Positions 60,451 through 64,000 of a stretch of DNA of 64,000 bases are shown here, piece by piece. The notes beneath the pieces were generated by a model. That model worked only from the letters and a program-made list of their open reading frames with translations. It had not been told where the DNA came from and searched no databases. A program made the position numbers and the translations under genes. Source of the DNA: Alphaproteobacteria bacterium (GTDB taxonomy: Bacteria; Pseudomonadota; Alphaproteobacteria; Rhizobiales; Xanthobacteraceae); NCBI GenBank assembly GCA_009781045.1, contig WQYW01000004.1, forward strand, positions 49-64,048, written 5' to 3'. Every line of letters starts with the position of its first letter. The first letter of the stretch is position 1.

Positions 60451-60540
60451 GGAAGGGTGGCCGAGTGGTTTAAGGCACCGGTCTTGAAAACCGGCGTGCC
60501 CGCAAGGGTACCGTGGGTTCGAATCCCACCCCTTCCGCCA
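60451..60540 (+). tRNA. tRNA-Ser (anticodon TGA)
   Basis: 90 nt; acceptor GGAAGGG/CCCTTCC, anticodon stem CCGGT-CTTGAAA-ACCGG, long variable arm, GGTTCGAATCC, encoded CCA. Confidence 0.98.
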
Positions 60541-60724
60541 AGTCCTCGTTTTGTGCTCGTTCGTGACCGTCCACCCACGTCCATTTCATCTAATGAAAAT
60601 GTATGGGCGCTAGTCACTTAACCTCCGCATCGGGTTATCGTTGTCCGCCAAAGCTCACCCTCAGCCGCGTTTTTGACGTGGGGTGAGACGTGGGTTTAGG
60701 CGGACACCTTTTTGGGACAAAACC

Positions 60725-61887
60725 ATGGGAGATCTCACAGCCATCCGGGTAAAAAACGCGAAGCCTGGCGAAAAGCTGTCTGACGGTGGCGGCTTGCGCC
60801 TCGACGTGGACCGGAACGGGAACGGTGCCTGGATCTTCCGGTTCAGGTCGCCCGTCACAGGCAAAGAGCGCTTCATGGGGCTCGGTCCCCTCAGCGATGT
60901 GTCACTGGCGCAGGCACGGGAGGCCGCCACAGCAGCCCGGGCTGCCGTCCGTGAGGGATATGACCCGATTGAAGACCGGAACGCCAGGCGAGCGGAAGCC
61001 AGGGCCGAGGCATCCCGTGCGGTGACATTCCAGGAATACGCGGAGCGCTTCATCGGCGGCAAAGAGGCCGGATGGAAAAACGAAAAACACCGCCAGCAAT
61101 GGCGAAACAGTCTGCGGGACTACGCCATGCCACACATGGGACACTTACCGATTGCCGACGTGGATACGGAGGCCGTGCTTAGGGCACTGCGGCCTGTTTG
61201 GGCAGAAAAGCCGGAAACGGCACGGAGGGTGCGCGGGAGAATCGAGGCGATCCTGAACGGTGCCAAGGCGGAAGGGCTGCGCACGGAAGAAAACCCCGCC
61301 CTTTGGCGCGGCCACCTCGACCAAATCCTTGCTCGGCGCCGCAAGTCGGATGTGGAGCATCACGCTGCTTTGCCCTACGCCGAAATGCCGACGTTCTGGC
61401 AATCGCTCGCCAGCGACGCCAGCCATGCGGCGCAAATGCTGCGCTTTATCATCCTGACGGCGGCATCGGCGAAGTTGCGGGAATGGTCGAGGCCGCTGAT
61501 GTGGTCGGTGATACCTGGACTGTGCCGGCGCCTCGCATGAAGGCCGATCGGCCCCATGTCGTTCCGTTGACCGCTGCAGCGAAGGCTTGCTTGCCCACAC
61601 CGCGTGTTTCCGACGTTTCGTCGGCCAAATGCATCGCGCGCCACACCACGTCCCCAGCGACCACGCACGGTTTCCGCTCAACGTTTCGCGATTGGGCTGG
61701 CGACTGTACGCAATTCCCGCGCGAGGTAGCGGAGATGGCCCTTGCCCATGTGGTCGGTGACGAGATCGAGGCCGCGTACCGGCGCGCGACTGCGCTCGCA
61801 AAGCGCCGCCAACTCATGGAGCAATGGGCCAGCTATCTCAACGCGCCCCGAGAGAGTGGGCGCGTGCTGCAATTCAACGAAGCGTGA
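60725..61887 (+). pseudogene. P4-like integrase (Arm-DNA-binding domain), frameshifted at the catalytic Arg
   Basis: LSDGGGLRL...WIFRF...GLG..VSLAQAR; NPALWRGHL; the TAARSGE motif is broken at ~61462; RMKA, HGFRSTFRDW, LAH, AAYRR follow in another frame. Confidence 0.92.
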
Positions 61888-62099
61888 ACCCGCTGGGAAA
61901 TTTTCAAAAATCTTCTGGATTCCCTTCGTGTTGATGGTGGATGCGGCCCAAAAGCACGCGCTCCAGTCTCCACCGTCATCAGTCATCATGGCAATCCAGT
62001 CATATCAAACGGAGTAAGGGCCGAGTTGGCCACTACGGACTTGGTCATCCCATGGCTTACGCTCGCGCGGTTCATTGATTTTGGTGGGGATAGACTGCG

Positions 62100-62260
62100 G
62101 TCCCGCTTCTCGCCATCGGTGGCCGGCGCGCCATCAAGGTGCTTGCAGCGCCATTTGTACAGAAGCGCTGCGTTGATCCGATAGTGGGCCGCCAACGCCA
62201 GTATCGACAGCTCCAGACCGCAAGGTGGGAAACCGCTTTTCTTCGCATGATGTCCTCTCG
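62100..62260 (-). mobile_element. Transposase HTH remnant (IS66 TnpA / IS3 OrfA-like)
   Basis: SILALAAHYRINAALLYKWR resembles the VARRYGINANLLFKWR helix-turn-helix. Confidence 0.45.
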
Positions 62261-62559
62261 CGACGCGAATCACTTCTTGCCCTGGCGGAGGGGACACTTC
62301 AACGTGGAGCGAACATGCGCGCTTATCGCTCCAATCCAACACCTTACTACTTTTCAACACCGACTAGACATGGAAATTGAATACTGTTTTCAGCCTTGAG
62401 AGGGCAAGTAATTACGTGCTGTGCAGTTTGAAACCGTCCGTCACTGCCCGTGATTATCCAGCAAACTCAACGGCTTAGATTTTTGACATCCTCTCTTGTC
62501 CACCTGTGCGCAAGTGTGCTTATTTGACGGATATTCGACAAGATGGTCATGGTTCAACG

Positions 62560-63912
62560 ATGTCGAAGACCCTCATTGAGGCCCAAATCACCACCGCCAA
62601 GGCACGTTCCAAACTGGAACTCGGCGTCCACTGGCGTCTCCTTGATGCAGAAGCGCACCTTGGATACCGCAAAGGAAAACGGAGCGGTGTCTGGATTTTC
62701 CGTTGGCGCAATCACCGCGAAGACGGAAAGTACAGGCAATCCGCCATCGGTATCGCCAACGATATCAACGATAAGCCGACCGATGGCGCTCTGACCTTCG
62801 AGCAGGCTCGGAAGGCTGCCGAAGAGGCCGTCCTCCGTGCCAGAACTGAGACCGCAGCGCTGGCAACAGGTCCCGCCCCAACCGTCAGGTCAGCTATTGA
62901 ATTCTACATCGGCGAACGTGATTCCCGAGAGAAGCGACGAACAGGTCGTGACGTTCAAGCCGATGTCGGCAGTAAACTACGGCGTTACGTTCTCGGTCAA
63001 GCCAAACGCGGAAGTCAGACACCCACCACGGCTGCTCCATTGGCAGCCATTCCACTACACGCATTAAGGGAGCAAGACCTTCGGGCGTGGCGCGAGATGC
63101 TGCCGGACACGTTAAAACACACAACAAAGCATCGCCTTATTAACGATTTGAAAGCAGCCCTCAATACTGCATGGAGTCGCCTTTCCCAAAGCCACAAGGA
63201 ACTCAACCCTACGTTTCCTACCATCGTGAAGGATGGCTTCAAGGCCGAACGCATCGACGACGACGACAACACGTCCATTGCTCGCGAGAACCAAATCCTC
63301 ACGGACGACCAGATCTCCGTCATATTGCATTCAACGCGTGTGGTCGATGAGGAACAGGGATATGATGGCGACCTTTATCGAATTGTCCTCTGCTTGGCCG
63401 CCACCGGCGCCCGGCACGCGCAACTCAGGCGTATGCGAGTGGGCGACATACAACCAAACGAACGTCGTCTCATCGTACCTGCTTCATTTAAAGGGCGCGG
63501 TGGCAACGGCGGCTCCATACCGATTCCTGTGGGAGACGACGTGATTGAAGCGCTGCTGCCATCAATCATAGGACGTCCGGCCGATGCACCACTATTCCTG
63601 CGATGGAGATATCAGCAGGAGCCGGGCACAGGTACGTGGCGAAAGTCGACGCGCGGCAAGTTGAAGAAGTCTGAACTCATACGTCCGTGGCGTGCCATTA
63701 GAGAGCACTGCGGTATGCCAAATGTCATTCCCTATGCTCTGCGACACTCAAGCATAGTCCGCTGTCTCCGGGCGGGACTTCCGATCCAGCACGTCGCAAA
63801 ACTGCACAACACCTCAGTCAAAATGATTGAGCAACACTACGCAAAATTCATTGCGACAGCCTTGGAAGACCTCGCAAGGCGTGCCATCGTTCCCCTCGTC
63901 AGAGAAGACTGA
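62560..63912 (+). CDS. Tyrosine recombinase/integrase, apparently intact
   Basis: HWR..D...HLGYRK N-terminal arm; ATGARHAQL, SFKG, YALRHSSI, LHNTS, HYAK; IHF-like site ACTCAACGGCTTA upstream (~62464). Confidence 0.92.
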   Translation: MSKTLIEAQITTAKARSKLELGVHWRLLDAEAHLGYRKGKRSGVWIFRWRNHREDGKYRQSAIGIANDINDKPTDGALTFEQARKAAEEAVLRARTETAALATGPAPTVRSAIEFYIGERDSREKRRTGRDVQADVGSKLRRYVLGQAKRGSQTPTTAAPLAAIPLHALREQDLRAWREMLPDTLKHTTKHRLINDLKAALNTAWSRLSQSHKELNPTFPTIVKDGFKAERIDDDDNTSIARENQILTDDQISVILHSTRVVDEEQGYDGDLYRIVLCLAATGARHAQLRRMRVGDIQPNERRLIVPASFKGRGGNGGSIPIPVGDDVIEALLPSIIGRPADAPLFLRWRYQQEPGTGTWRKSTRGKLKKSELIRPWRAIREHCGMPNVIPYALRHSSIVRCLRAGLPIQHVAKLHNTSVKMIEQHYAKFIATALEDLARRAIVPLVRED

Positions 63913-63918
63913 GCGGAT

Positions 63919-63993
63919 ATGCTCGCTCTGCTTGCGATTGCCGCCATAACGCTTCCGATTGCATCATGGTTCTTTCGCAACAGACTGCTTTGA
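63919..63993 (+). CDS. Possible 24-aa hydrophobic peptide
   Basis: MLALLAIAAITLPIASWFFRNRLL, 6 nt after the integrase stop and followed by an RBS-like GGAAGGA. Confidence 0.3.
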   Translation: MLALLAIAAITLPIASWFFRNRLL

Positions 63994-64000
63994 GGAAGGA

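Larger units (their letters stand above)
53744..60489. mobile_element. ~6.7-kb integrative element (defective) in tRNA-Ser
   Basis: Bounded by the 39-bp direct repeat; arm-type repeats GGGTAGCAAAA(T/G)GGTAGCA at both ends (53909, 60376); integrase remnant next to the right att; IHF-like site at ~60439-60451. Confidence 0.88.

Overview
Alphaproteobacterial chromosome segment. Gene order and protein sequences suggest a Nitrobacteraceae/Bradyrhizobiaceae-like organism (inference). Two conserved core blocks are present: hfq-hflX-mazG-queC (0.3-7 kb), and acyl-CoA synthetase converging on rlpA-dacA-tmk-holB-metG-tatD-MBL hydrolase (39-51 kb). Between them lies ~30 kb of accessory and partly decayed DNA: tandem pRiA4b-ORF3 genes, a collapsed group 2/3 capsule (kps) cluster, an intact M48 peptidase + 1825-aa DUF4011/SF1-helicase/Vsr-like/WGR gene pair, three secreted ankyrin paralogues, an anthraniloyl/salicylyl-CoA monooxygenase, a scrambled DUF1998 helicase, a cI-like repressor with three operators, two TA modules, and IS630 and repeat-protein remnants. 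The right end is a tRNA-Ser(TGA) integration hotspot: a 6.7-kb element bounded by a duplication of the tRNA 5' half, carrying a TIGR04255 three-gene operon and an IS110, plus further integrases. The strongest leads are (1) a thymidylate kinase fused in-frame to a ~420-aa poly-Arg repeat N-terminus and a ~260-aa acidic repeat C-terminus, in the same operon as a MetG with a histone-H1-like tail; (2) the peptidase + pseudokinase-helicase-nuclease-WGR pair; (3) the TIGR04255/unknown/ART-like operon. No searches were run: all family calls come from motif recognition by eye.
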